From Pirellula staleyi DSM 6068 (GTDB lineage Bacteria; Planctomycetota; Planctomycetia; Pirellulales; Pirellulaceae), in the NCBI GenBank assembly GCA_000025185.1, contig CP001848.1:4980001-5012000 (forward strand): DNA of 32,000 nt. The letters run 5' to 3'. Shown here one piece after another: positions 17,251 to 26,026 of this stretch. Under the pieces are notes generated by a model. It saw nothing but the letters and a program-made list of their open reading frames with translations. It had not been told where the DNA came from and did no database searches. Positions within the stretch are counted from its first letter, which is position 1, and each line of letters begins with the position of its first letter. A program made the position numbers and the translations under genes.

Positions 17251-18638
17251 TGGGGAGCTACCTCAGGCGATTTCGCGAGCGCCACTTGATCTTCAGCAGC
17301 CATCATCCGTCGCAAGATCCAGGTGCGAATCACGGCATCACTTACGGTTCCACAGGCGGTTGCTAGTGCAGCGCCGAGCGTTCCGAGAAGCGGAATGAGG
17401 ACGATGGTCGAACCAATCACAATCAGAAGCGAAGCCAGGTCGGCCCAGAAACTCGCGCTCGGCTTTTCCATGGCCCAAAGTCCATTGCCTGAGGTCACTC
17501 CCATGCTGTTGGCCAGCACGCTTAGCGAAAGCACTCCCATCAGTAGCGACGCACCAGGCATCGACTGTCCATACACCAGCGAGGCAACTTGCGAGCCAAG
17601 CAAAAACGAACCGATCATCAATCCACCAAGCGAAACGCCGTAGATCATCGCTGTCTGTCGTAGCACGCCGCGCAGCGCGCCAGTACCACCCTCGGCATAA
17701 GCGCGTGCAGCGCGGGGAGAGAGATAGTTGCTGAGACCCAGCATGAACATGTTCGAGAGCCCCACGAGTGTGGCGCAAGCTCCTAGGATTCCGGTTTCGG
17801 TTTCTCCCTGCGTGAGCGCGACGATCCAGGGCATGACATACGGTGTGCTGCAGGCGAGTAGCTGGCTCGCGAGCGCCCAGCGTGCAAAGGTCCAGTTGTG
17901 AATCCAGTCGCGATACGCGCGGATGAGCCCGACGTCGAACGTTTGCGACTTGAAAAAGAGCCACGCAGCGGCTGCAATTCCAGCCGAACCAGCCATGACC
18001 GCCAGCGCAATGGGGGTCGAGAGATTACCCGACAAAGCGAGTGCCAGCAGCACGCTGAGCTGAACTGCGGCGACTAGCATATCGACAGCGACAGCAGCGC
18101 GAGGCTCGAGATGCGCAAACGAGATCTGACGGACATACTCGCGCATCATCAAGAGCGGAACGATTCCTAAAAGGAGCCACAGAATGCTTGTGAACGTTGC
18201 GGGAGCGAGTCCCGAAATGCCAATCCCGAGCATCACGAGAGCCGCCAGCCCGCTGACGACAAGCTGATGAACGAGCGAACTTCCCGCGTAGTGTGCAGCT
18301 TCGTCTCCATGACGACGTCCGCAATAAATCATGTAGGGAGCAAACACCAGTTGCTCCTGAATGCCACGCACAAAAAAGACGACGGAGAGCGCCAAGTAGT
18401 ACGCGCCGAGTTCGGTCGTGCCACAGGTACGGCCGACGATCACGCTGGTGACAAAACTAGTGCCACTCACCACCGCTTGATCGAAGATCGAGAGCACACT
18501 CTTTTGAAAGGTTGCGTCGGTTCCAAAGCGACTAGCAATTCGCCACACGCGCGACGACATGGCCCCACCGCGCTGCAGCGGAGTTGGCAGCGAGCTTTCG
18601 CATGTGTCGGTAGTTTCGGGTGTGACGGTGGTCGACAT
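17247..18638 (-). CDS. MOP/Wzx-type polysaccharide (oligosaccharide) flippase
   Basis: The track ORF extends to 18827, but that extension overlaps the upstream deacetylase. The first non-overlapping ATG is 18638 (MSTTV...). An alternative ATG lies 26 codons further in (MSSRVW...). The protein is polytopic with the hydrophobic pattern typical of polysaccharide biosynthesis (PST) flippases. Confidence 0.7.
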   Translation of the reverse strand: MSTTVTPETTDTCESSLPTPLQRGGAMSSRVWRIASRFGTDATFQKSVLSIFDQAVVSGTSFVTSVIVGRTCGTTELGAYYLALSVVFFVRGIQEQLVFAPYMIYCGRRHGDEAAHYAGSSLVHQLVVSGLAALVMLGIGISGLAPATFTSILWLLLGIVPLLMMREYVRQISFAHLEPRAAVAVDMLVAAVQLSVLLALALSGNLSTPIALAVMAGSAGIAAAAWLFFKSQTFDVGLIRAYRDWIHNWTFARWALASQLLACSTPYVMPWIVALTQGETETGILGACATLVGLSNMFMLGLSNYLSPRAARAYAEGGTGALRGVLRQTAMIYGVSLGGLMIGSFLLGSQVASLVYGQSMPGASLLMGVLSLSVLANSMGVTSGNGLWAMEKPSASFWADLASLLIVIGSTIVLIPLLGTLGAALATACGTVSDAVIRTWILRRMMAAEDQVALAKSPEVAPQ

Positions 18639-18688
18639 GACGAGCTGTGGTTTCTTCGCGGAAAGCGATGCGCAGTTTTGAGGATTCG

Positions 18689-19684
18689 TTACGAACCAAT
18701 CGCGACAGGTGTCGCTGGCCGACCGAGGAGTGTTCGCCCCAACTTGCGAATGGCGGTGTACCAGCCACTCAGCTTGGAGGCGAGCATCGAGGGTGTGTCG
18801 TGCTCTTCCGCGGTGAAGCGGCCCCAATCAAAGGGATCGCTGGTCGGGAATACGAGTTCACTTTCGGTTGTCAGTGCGCAGCTGAGGCCCGCCGCCTTCA
18901 CGGCGCCAGCGAGCAGTGGTCCCGAGAAGCCGGTCGAGCGTGTGCCGTAAGGAAACGCAAAGGTCGCCTCGGTGATGCCGAAGCGTTCTGCAAGGACTTG
19001 CTGATTGATGAGTAAATCTTCGTAGAGGGCGTCGGGACGACCACGAAAATCGGCATGCGTGTGGGTATGCGCGGCGAGTTCGATGAGTCCGCTCCGCTGC
19101 ATTTCGCGGCACTGATCGGTCGAGAGGGGACGCCAGCTATCGATCGGCTGAGCATCGTCTCCCGCCAGTTCCCAGTCGTCACTGGGAAATGGATCTTGGG
19201 TATCGAGGTAGGCGGTTGCGAGAAAAATCGTGGCTGGAACTTCCAGCTCACAAAGGATCGGAAACGCTTCGGTAAAATTGTTTTCATAGCCGTCGTCGAA
19301 TGTCACGACGAAGACAGTACGCGGAATCGGCTGCCCGCGACGATGGTAGTCGAGCACACGCTGCAGTGGCCAAGCCCGAAAGCCTCGTTTGAGAAGTCCT
19401 TCGAGTTGCAGGCGGAGCATGCGCGGCGTGACATTCCATGTCGGATCAATCACGGCGTTGGGACAACTCGAGATGCGATGGTACATCAGCACACCGAGCG
19501 CCTGACGATGCCGAACTCCTAGCAATTGATGCAGCACGCGTCCCGCTTCGGATTTGAGACGCTGGCGGAGACCAAAATGCTGATCACCACGAAATTTGGC
19601 GGGCGCTGGTGGGCTCGCGCTGGCAGCAGCATTCGTCGCTGATTCAGTCGACTCGGTAGGGGTGTCTTCGGTGCTGAGGCTCAT
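18689..19684 (-). CDS. Polysaccharide deacetylase (NodB homology / CE4 family)
   Basis: VFVVTFDDGYENN (the catalytic TFDDG motif) and ELAAHTHTHADF (the His motif) are present. The track ORF starts at TTG 19726. ATG 19684 is preceded by AAGGGA and is preferred, but the start remains uncertain. Confidence 0.82.
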   Translation of the reverse strand: MSLSTEDTPTESTESATNAAASASPPAPAKFRGDQHFGLRQRLKSEAGRVLHQLLGVRHRQALGVLMYHRISSCPNAVIDPTWNVTPRMLRLQLEGLLKRGFRAWPLQRVLDYHRRGQPIPRTVFVVTFDDGYENNFTEAFPILCELEVPATIFLATAYLDTQDPFPSDDWELAGDDAQPIDSWRPLSTDQCREMQRSGLIELAAHTHTHADFRGRPDALYEDLLINQQVLAERFGITEATFAFPYGTRSTGFSGPLLAGAVKAAGLSCALTTESELVFPTSDPFDWGRFTAEEHDTPSMLASKLSGWYTAIRKLGRTLLGRPATPVAIGS

Positions 19685-19894
19685 GGCGTTCCCTTGGTGA
19701 ACCAGTTTCCGGGAGAAGATGGTCAATGCGCGCAGGTTCGACCCATCACTAGGTGGCCGATAGAAAAACCTAGGTCACAGCTGCGACAAGGAAACCGAAA
19801 TCGCCGGGAAATGGCGATTATTTGGGCTGTGACGACCGATCACGCGAAGCTGCCGATTCCGCTCGCGCCGCTGACAGGCGAAAGCGTGTGTAAA

Positions 19895-21532
19895 CTAGCT
19901 CTGGCCGAATTGCGGAGCATTCCCAGCCTGCTGCATGCTGGCGCCAAACGACGGCATGACGCCCAGCATCGGAACACCCAGTTGCTGCAAATCGCGCAGC
20001 GCGACGAGTGTCGGGAAGAAGTAGTCGAGAATTACTGCCAGCCCAAAACCGCCGACGATCGCAACAAATGCCCCCAAAGCGAGCACCATCAGTTTGCGTG
20101 GTCCGAGCGGTTTGGCCACGAACGTGGCTGGCTGAACAATGCTCAGGCTGCTGATCCGCTCTTCATCGAGCGAGCGGTTGATGCGAGCCTGCTCGAGCTT
20201 CTCGGCATATGTGCGGTGACGCTGTTCCGACAAGTCGACCTGACGCTGAAGCTGAGCGAATCGGACCTCCGCGTTGTTGAGCGCTGCGAGATCTTGCACG
20301 AGTGCAATCTTTTGTTTGCTGAGACTCTGTGCGCGACCACGCAACCAGTTCACCTGCGACTGCTCGGTATGCAAAGCAAGTTCGAGGGCTTGACGCGCAG
20401 GATTAATCGACATGGTGGGCTGCGAGCGGCTCGATCCTTGCTCCTTTAGTAATTCGCGCAGTTCGGAAATCTGCTGACGAACCGCGATCAGCTGCGGATG
20501 ACTATCAGTCGATCGAGCGGCGAGTTCGAACTCGCGGGCCTCGAGTGTGAAGAGCTGTGTGCGCATTCCATCGTAGGCCGCATTGGGTCCTTCGAGCGAT
20601 TGCGTTTCGATGCGCTCGGGCAACTTACTGATCTGCTGCTCGATCCCACGGATTTTCGATTCCGAAGCAGCCAGTTCAGCGGTCCCTTGCTTCAAACGAT
20701 TCTCGATCTCGGCCATCTGATCTTCAAGCTGCTTTCGTTTGCCTTCAATGGAGCTGATTTTGAGGAGATTCTTGGCATTTTCGAGCTCTTTGCTCGCCCT
20801 GCGCCACTGCTCGAGCGACTGATCGGTCTGCCGCTCAAAGAACTCATAGGAGCCCGCAGTTCGGTGTACCCGCACATGCTCTTCCATATAAACGGCAATC
20901 ATCGTGGCGACGATGCGCTGCGCGCGGTCGGGTGTCTGCGCTTTGCAAGCCACGGAGATGATGTTGCTCTTCTTGGGGGCGAAAATTTCGAGCTCCTTTT
21001 CGAGCGCCAGGACAGCTCGTTGATGATCGCTACTCGGGACGACAATCACCGGTTTCGCAGGGGGACGAATTCCATCGACCACTGCTTCGAGTTTGGCGAT
21101 CTCACTCGACACCAGCGCATCGCTGGTCGAGTTCTCAGCAGTCAGCCCCGTTTCGGGATCGATCTGCTTTTCATGGCCATGCAGGATGTACTGCGGCCCC
21201 AGCATCTCGACCACTTTGTCGAGCACGAGTCGGCTACGCAGAATTTCGAGGAGCGAGTTGATTTCGGACTCGCGCGATTCGTAAATCGAAATCAGCTGAC
21301 CGTTTGAAGCGGTCGGATCGAGCGTCAGATTCTCGCGGCCAAAACGTACAAATACCTTGGCTTCGGAAAAGTACGACCGAGGCATCATCAGCGAACCAAC
21401 AAACGTTAAACCCATCACCACGATGGCAAACAGGGCCGCCACATGCCAACGTTTGCGCAAGGCGCGAACGATGGTCATCACGTGAGTTTTGATCTGCTGT
21501 GGCTCGATCATTGCTTCGCTCGCTTCCATCAT
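19895..21532 (-). CDS. Polysaccharide co-polymerase / chain-length determinant (Wzz/GumC-type PCP) without a kinase domain
   Basis: 545 aa. After the N-terminal TM helix comes a Wzz-like SYFSEAKVFVRF block, then a long coiled-coil periplasmic region. A second TM helix (LMVLALGAFVAIVGGFGLAVIL) lies near the C-terminus. The protein ends about 45 aa after that helix with no Walker A motif. Confidence 0.78.
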   Translation of the reverse strand: MMEASEAMIEPQQIKTHVMTIVRALRKRWHVAALFAIVVMGLTFVGSLMMPRSYFSEAKVFVRFGRENLTLDPTASNGQLISIYESRESEINSLLEILRSRLVLDKVVEMLGPQYILHGHEKQIDPETGLTAENSTSDALVSSEIAKLEAVVDGIRPPAKPVIVVPSSDHQRAVLALEKELEIFAPKKSNIISVACKAQTPDRAQRIVATMIAVYMEEHVRVHRTAGSYEFFERQTDQSLEQWRRASKELENAKNLLKISSIEGKRKQLEDQMAEIENRLKQGTAELAASESKIRGIEQQISKLPERIETQSLEGPNAAYDGMRTQLFTLEAREFELAARSTDSHPQLIAVRQQISELRELLKEQGSSRSQPTMSINPARQALELALHTEQSQVNWLRGRAQSLSKQKIALVQDLAALNNAEVRFAQLQRQVDLSEQRHRTYAEKLEQARINRSLDEERISSLSIVQPATFVAKPLGPRKLMVLALGAFVAIVGGFGLAVILDYFFPTLVALRDLQQLGVPMLGVMPSFGASMQQAGNAPQFGQS

Positions 21533-21667
21533 CGACTAGAGATTTTGGCCGCCAATATCGTTGGAATCACGACAATCGCGCCAAGCAGCACAATCGGTAG
21601 AAGCGCAACGCGCGACACTCTCCCGACTCTCTGCGGCGCGTAAGTCTAGGTTGCGGCTGGAGTGGAG

Positions 21668-21727
21668 CAAGAAATAGAAAATCGCACGTATCGAGTGTGC
21701 CGTTAACGGGCATGCGATACGTGCGAT
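21668..21727 (-). terminator. Rho-independent terminator of argG
   Basis: A 13-bp perfect stem pairs atcgcacgtatcg (21681-21693) with cgatacgtgcgat (21715-21727). On the minus strand it is followed by UUUCUAUUUCUUG. It begins about 35 nt after the argG stop. Confidence 0.7.
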
Positions 21728-21762
21728 CTTGGATCGTGACGAAAGCTTAGCGGGGAACGCGA

Positions 21763-22977
21763 TTAGTAAGGACGTGGCGTGATGCGGCCTTGCACACGGC
21801 CGGGAAGCCCTTGAATGCGTAGGAACCCTTCGGCGTCGGTCTGGTTGTACGAACCGCCACCTTCCATCGTGGCGATACCTTCGTCGTACAGGTTGTTCGG
21901 GCTAGTGCGCCCGGCGACCATGACGTTGCCTTTGTAGAGGGCCAGCTTCACTTCGCCAGTGACGTTCTTCTGCGCTTCTTTGTTGAAAGCGAGCAGGGCG
22001 TCCATCTTGGCGTGGTACCAGAAGCCGTAGTACACCATTTCGGCGACGACAGGCGCGAGCGAATCGCGCAGGTGCATCAGGTCGCGATCCATCGTCAACT
22101 GCTCGATCACGCGATGCCCGGTGTAAAGAATCGTCATGCCGGGAGCTTCATAAACGCCGCGGCTCTTCATGCCGACGAAGCGATTCTCGACCATATCGAT
22201 CTGGCCGATGCCGTTGCGGCCGCCGATGGTGTTGAGGGTCTTCACGATCTCCAGTGGCGAAAGCGTTTTGCCATTCACACTGACAGGCACACCCTTCTCG
22301 AAGGCAATCGTCACTTCTTCCACAGCGTCGGGCGCTTTGCGTGGCGAGACAGTCATACCGAACTCAACGAGTTCGACCCCGTTAACGTTCAGGTCCTCGA
22401 GTTTGCCAGCTTCGTAGCTGATATGGAGGCAGTTCTCGTCGCTGCTATACGGCTTCGAGACACTCGCCTTCACTGGAATGTTGTTCTTATCACAGTAGGC
22501 AATCATCTCGGTCCGACCGGGGAAAAGCTTGCGGAACTTCTCGATCCGCCAAGGGGCGATCACTTCCACGGCTGGATTGAGAGCTTCAGCAGCGAGCTGA
22601 AAACGGCATTGGTCGTTCCCCTTGCCCGTTGCGCCGTGAGCGTAGGCCACAGCGCCGAGGTCGCGAGCAATCTGCAAGCAAACCTTCGAGATCAGCGGGC
22701 GGGCGATCGAAGTGCCGAGCAGATACCAGCCTTCGTACTTGGCCTGAAACTGCATCACTGGAAATGCAAAGTCGCGGCAGAGTTCTTCTTGAGCATCGAC
22801 GATTTGCGAGCTCTTCGCGCCGCAGTCGCGGGCCTTCTTCAGGATCGCTTGGCGATCTTCGCAAGGCTGACCGAGGTCGACATAGACCGCATGGACTTCA
22901 TAGCCCTCGTCTTGCAACCAGCCCAGAATCACTGAAGTATCAAGACCGCCGGAATAGGCCAGAACGCAGCTTGGCAT
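21763..22977 (-). CDS. argG: Argininosuccinate synthase
   Basis: 404 aa. It has the N-terminal AYSGGLDTSV ATP-pyrophosphatase motif and characteristic ArgG blocks throughout (GATGKGNDQCRF, ENRFVGMKSRGVYE). Confidence 0.95.
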   Translation of the reverse strand: MPSCVLAYSGGLDTSVILGWLQDEGYEVHAVYVDLGQPCEDRQAILKKARDCGAKSSQIVDAQEELCRDFAFPVMQFQAKYEGWYLLGTSIARPLISKVCLQIARDLGAVAYAHGATGKGNDQCRFQLAAEALNPAVEVIAPWRIEKFRKLFPGRTEMIAYCDKNNIPVKASVSKPYSSDENCLHISYEAGKLEDLNVNGVELVEFGMTVSPRKAPDAVEEVTIAFEKGVPVSVNGKTLSPLEIVKTLNTIGGRNGIGQIDMVENRFVGMKSRGVYEAPGMTILYTGHRVIEQLTMDRDLMHLRDSLAPVVAEMVYYGFWYHAKMDALLAFNKEAQKNVTGEVKLALYKGNVMVAGRTSPNNLYDEGIATMEGGGSYNQTDAEGFLRIQGLPGRVQGRITPRPY

Positions 22978-23114
22978 GGATCGAACTCTTTCGTGGAAAA
23001 CGACAGGCCGTAAATTAGGTCGGCCGGCGAACTAGTGGTCGTGCAAAAGTTGGCGAAAGTCTCGTATTTTGGACCGGTGTGGCCCGGCTGACAAGGCGTA
23101 GCTAGGATGAAGTG

Positions 23115-23894
23115 ATGGAACTTAACGATGCACTGCAAATTGCCCAGCGACTGTTGTCGGGCGAACTCACTCCCGACAACTTTGCCAAACTGGCTGCCGA
23201 TCCCAAACTCTCGACGACGGCGGAACTTACGGGGGTGACGCTCGATCTCGATCGCCGCCGCCGGTGCGGCTTTCCCGAGGTGATTTACGGCGAAGGAAAA
23301 GACGCCCGCACTATTGCCTCGATCATCGAGCGGCTTTTGGCGAGCGAGGTTCGCGTTTTGACCACTCGTGTCACGCGAACCATCGCCGACGAGCTTTTAC
23401 AGATCTTTCCCGGGGCTCACTACAACGCCTCCGCTAGGACCTTTCGTGTCACCATCAAGCCAGACGAGGCCGATCGGGGCTATGTGCCGGTCGTGACTGC
23501 CGGGACCACCGACCTGCCGATCGCGGAAGAAGCGCGCGAAACGCTCGACTGGATGCAGGTGCGGACGCAAATTGTGGCCGATGTCGGTGTCGCTGGACCG
23601 CAGCGTCTGATTGCCAAATTGCCGCTACTTGCGGGGGCCGATGCCGTGGTCTGTGCAGCCGGTATGGAAGCCGCTTTGCCAAGCGTGCTAGGTGGTTATG
23701 TCGATTGCCCGGTCATCGCCGTCCCCACCAGTGTCGGCTATGGAGCCAGCTTTGGGGGCGTCACGGCGCTGCTCGGCATGCTCAACAGCTGCGCGTCGAA
23801 TGTCACCGTAGTGAACATCGATGCGGGATTCAAAGCCGGTTACGTTGCCGGGCTGATTGCCACACGCGCCCACGACGCCCGACGCTCGCAGTAA
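23115..23894 (+). CDS. larB: LarB-type AIR-carboxylase-like protein (pyridinium-3,5-biscarboxylic acid mononucleotide synthase)
   Basis: The track ORF starts at GTG 23112, ATG follows at 23115, and AGGA lies 7 nt upstream of that ATG. It has CGFPEVIYGEGK and a PurE-like core: PVVTAGTTDLPIAEEA...VGVAG..R...AAGMEAALPSVLGG....PVIAVPTSVGYG....G..ALL.ML.SC...V.VVNIDAGF.AG. Confidence 0.85.
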   Translation: MELNDALQIAQRLLSGELTPDNFAKLAADPKLSTTAELTGVTLDLDRRRRCGFPEVIYGEGKDARTIASIIERLLASEVRVLTTRVTRTIADELLQIFPGAHYNASARTFRVTIKPDEADRGYVPVVTAGTTDLPIAEEARETLDWMQVRTQIVADVGVAGPQRLIAKLPLLAGADAVVCAAGMEAALPSVLGGYVDCPVIAVPTSVGYGASFGGVTALLGMLNSCASNVTVVNIDAGFKAGYVAGLIATRAHDARRSQ

Positions 23895-23944
23895 CGCTTG
23901 TTCGTCGCCGCCTCCCCTCGAAAAACGTTGTTTTTGAGTCAAAA

Positions 23945-24814
23945 ATGAGTAATTCGCCACTTCCCAAGCTCTCGCCACGCCAGCGTGCGAGTCACAAAGG
24001 GGACTTTGGTCGTGTGCTGATCGTCGGCGGATCGAAGGGAATGGCAGGGGCCGTGGCGCTCGCGGGAATCAGCTCCCTGCGGATGGGAGCAGGGCTCGTT
24101 CGGCTAGCTATCCCTGAACCGATTGCCAATCTCGTCGCCAGCTTCGAGCCGTCGTATATGACGGTTTCGCTCCCCACCGACGATGGCGTGCGGGGCTCCA
24201 TTCGCGCCTACCACGAACTGGTGAAGGAGATCGAGTGGGCCGATGTCGTGGCAATCGGGCCGGGTCTAGGACAATCCAAAGACCTGGCGCAGCTGGTGCG
24301 TTGGCTCTTCGACCGGACTGAGAAACCGGCGATTTTCGACGCCGATGCACTCAACATGCTCTCCCCTCTCGATCTGTCGGCCCGGCCCGCAGGACCACGA
24401 ATTTTGACGCCTCATCCCGGCGAGCTGCGACGATTGGCCGGAAAACCTCTCGCCTCGCGCGACGAGCAAATCAAAGCTGCTCAGTCGATCGCTGCCAAAC
24501 TGGGCGTGATTGTTTTGGTCAAAGGGGAGGGGACAGCTATCACCGACGGCCAGACCACTGCCCTCAACACCACCGGCAACCCGGGGATGGCGACTGGCGG
24601 CAGTGGCGACGCTCTGACCGGAATCATCGCCGCTCTGGTGGGGCAAAAACTTTCGCCTCTCGAGGCCGCTATTCTCGGAGCCCATCTGCACGGGCTCGCT
24701 GGGGATCTTGCGGCGGCCGAGCTGGGAGAAATTTCGCTCATCGCGAGCGATTTGCCACGTTTTTTGCCTCGGGCTATTCAGCAGTATCAGCGCGACACTG
24801 CATCGCCCGTTTAG
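23945..24814 (+). CDS. nnrD: ADP/ATP-dependent NAD(P)H-hydrate dehydratase (YjeF C-terminal-domain family)
   Basis: The track ORF starts at 23705 inside larB. The in-frame ATG 23945 gives MSNSPLPKLSPRQRASHKGDFGRVLIVGGS.GM.GA..LAG, which is typical of the family N-terminus. DADALN and ATGGSGDALTGIIAALV are also present. There is no N-terminal epimerase domain. Confidence 0.85.
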   Translation: MSNSPLPKLSPRQRASHKGDFGRVLIVGGSKGMAGAVALAGISSLRMGAGLVRLAIPEPIANLVASFEPSYMTVSLPTDDGVRGSIRAYHELVKEIEWADVVAIGPGLGQSKDLAQLVRWLFDRTEKPAIFDADALNMLSPLDLSARPAGPRILTPHPGELRRLAGKPLASRDEQIKAAQSIAAKLGVIVLVKGEGTAITDGQTTALNTTGNPGMATGGSGDALTGIIAALVGQKLSPLEAAILGAHLHGLAGDLAAAELGEISLIASDLPRFLPRAIQQYQRDTASPV

Positions 24815-25006
24815 CTGAAAGTCGGTACCGGAATTGCCGATTTTCGCGTCTAGCCGCATACTAGCGAAAGATTTCCCGCCTCCACGAAAGAGTTGACGCA
24901 GCTGGCCCCAGCCTGTGGTGCCGACAATAGTAGAGTTCGTTACGATTCTTTTGTGGCGACCTCCGCAGACTAAACATCCCCACCTATCTCCATAGCATCC
25001 CTCACC

Positions 25007-25939
25007 TTGCAACTTTTTCGTACCGCCCGTGACCTGCCTGAGAGCCTCCTGCACGGAGCAGTGACCATCGGCAACTTCGATGGAGTGCATCGTGGTCACG
25101 CCGCGCTGCTGGAGCGGCTGAAAGCCCAGGCGGAGCGTGTGGGAGGGCCGGCTATTGTGTTCACGTTCGATCCGCATCCGGTGCGGCTGTTGCGCCCCAG
25201 CGAAACGCCGCCGCCTCTCACCTGGACCGATCGAAAAGCCGAACTTCTGTTCGACCTCGGTGTGTCGGCTGTGATTTCCTATCCCACCGATTTGGCCCTT
25301 TTGTCGCTCACCGCAGGCGAATTTTTTGAATCGATTTTGCGGCAAACGCTCGCCGCTCGCGCGGTGGTGGAAGGCCCCAACTTCTACTTCGGCAAAGGAC
25401 GCGAGGGAAATGTGCACACGCTCGCCAAGCTCTGCGAATCGGCAGGGATGACCTTCGAAGTGGTCGAGCCGACGATTGAAGCGGGAGCGATCGTTTCGAG
25501 CAGCCGAGTTCGCCAGCTGATTGTCGATGGCAATGTCGGCGAGGCGTCGCAACTCCTCACACGTCCCTATCGCATTCGAGGGATGGTGACCCACGGCGCA
25601 CAGCGCGGCAGCAAGATCGGCTTCCCGACAGCGAACGTCGATGCCATCGATACACTGCTCCCGAAGCTGGGTGTTTACGCGGCCCGGGCCATCACCTCAC
25701 AAGGGACCTTTGCCGCAGCGCTTAACTTGGGCCCCAATCCGACGTTTGGCGAACATGCCACCAAAGTGGAAGCACATCTGCTAGGCTTTAGTGGTTCGCT
25801 TTACGGTCAGCCGATCGAACTCGATTTCCTGGCTCATTTGCGCGATATCCGCCCGTTTGCTTCTATCGATGCCTTGAAACAGCAACTAGCGCTCGATGTC
25901 GCAGCAACCCAAGCAATCGTTGCTCGGCACAGTTCTTAG
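25007..25939 (+). CDS. ribF: Bifunctional riboflavin kinase / FMN adenylyltransferase
   Basis: 310 aa with a TTG start. The N-terminus (L/M)QLFRTARDL....AVTIGNFDGVHRGHAALL aligns residue for residue with the E. coli RibF start. The C-terminal riboflavin kinase blocks are GFPTAN and FGEHATKVEAHLL. Confidence 0.92.
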   Translation: MQLFRTARDLPESLLHGAVTIGNFDGVHRGHAALLERLKAQAERVGGPAIVFTFDPHPVRLLRPSETPPPLTWTDRKAELLFDLGVSAVISYPTDLALLSLTAGEFFESILRQTLAARAVVEGPNFYFGKGREGNVHTLAKLCESAGMTFEVVEPTIEAGAIVSSSRVRQLIVDGNVGEASQLLTRPYRIRGMVTHGAQRGSKIGFPTANVDAIDTLLPKLGVYAARAITSQGTFAAALNLGPNPTFGEHATKVEAHLLGFSGSLYGQPIELDFLAHLRDIRPFASIDALKQQLALDVAATQAIVARHSS

Positions 25940-26026
25940 TTCCGATTTATTGACTAGCGATCCACTCGCCACCCAAGTTCGATCCCTTCTCTCCCGCCAC
26001 GACTTTTTGCTCGATTCGAGATCTTC

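Noticed and set aside
22012-22935. 307-aa plus-strand ORF
   Set aside because: It is antisense to argG, whose identity is unambiguous.
23705-23944. N-terminal 80-codon extension of the nnrD ORF in the track
   Set aside because: It overlaps the 3' end of larB in another frame. The family-typical N-terminus starts at ATG 23945.
24266-25594. 442-aa minus-strand ORF
   Set aside because: It lies entirely antisense to the well-supported nnrD and ribF genes. The sequence is Arg/Gly/Ser-rich and low in complexity with no recognisable motifs. This is a typical shadow ORF of GC-rich DNA.
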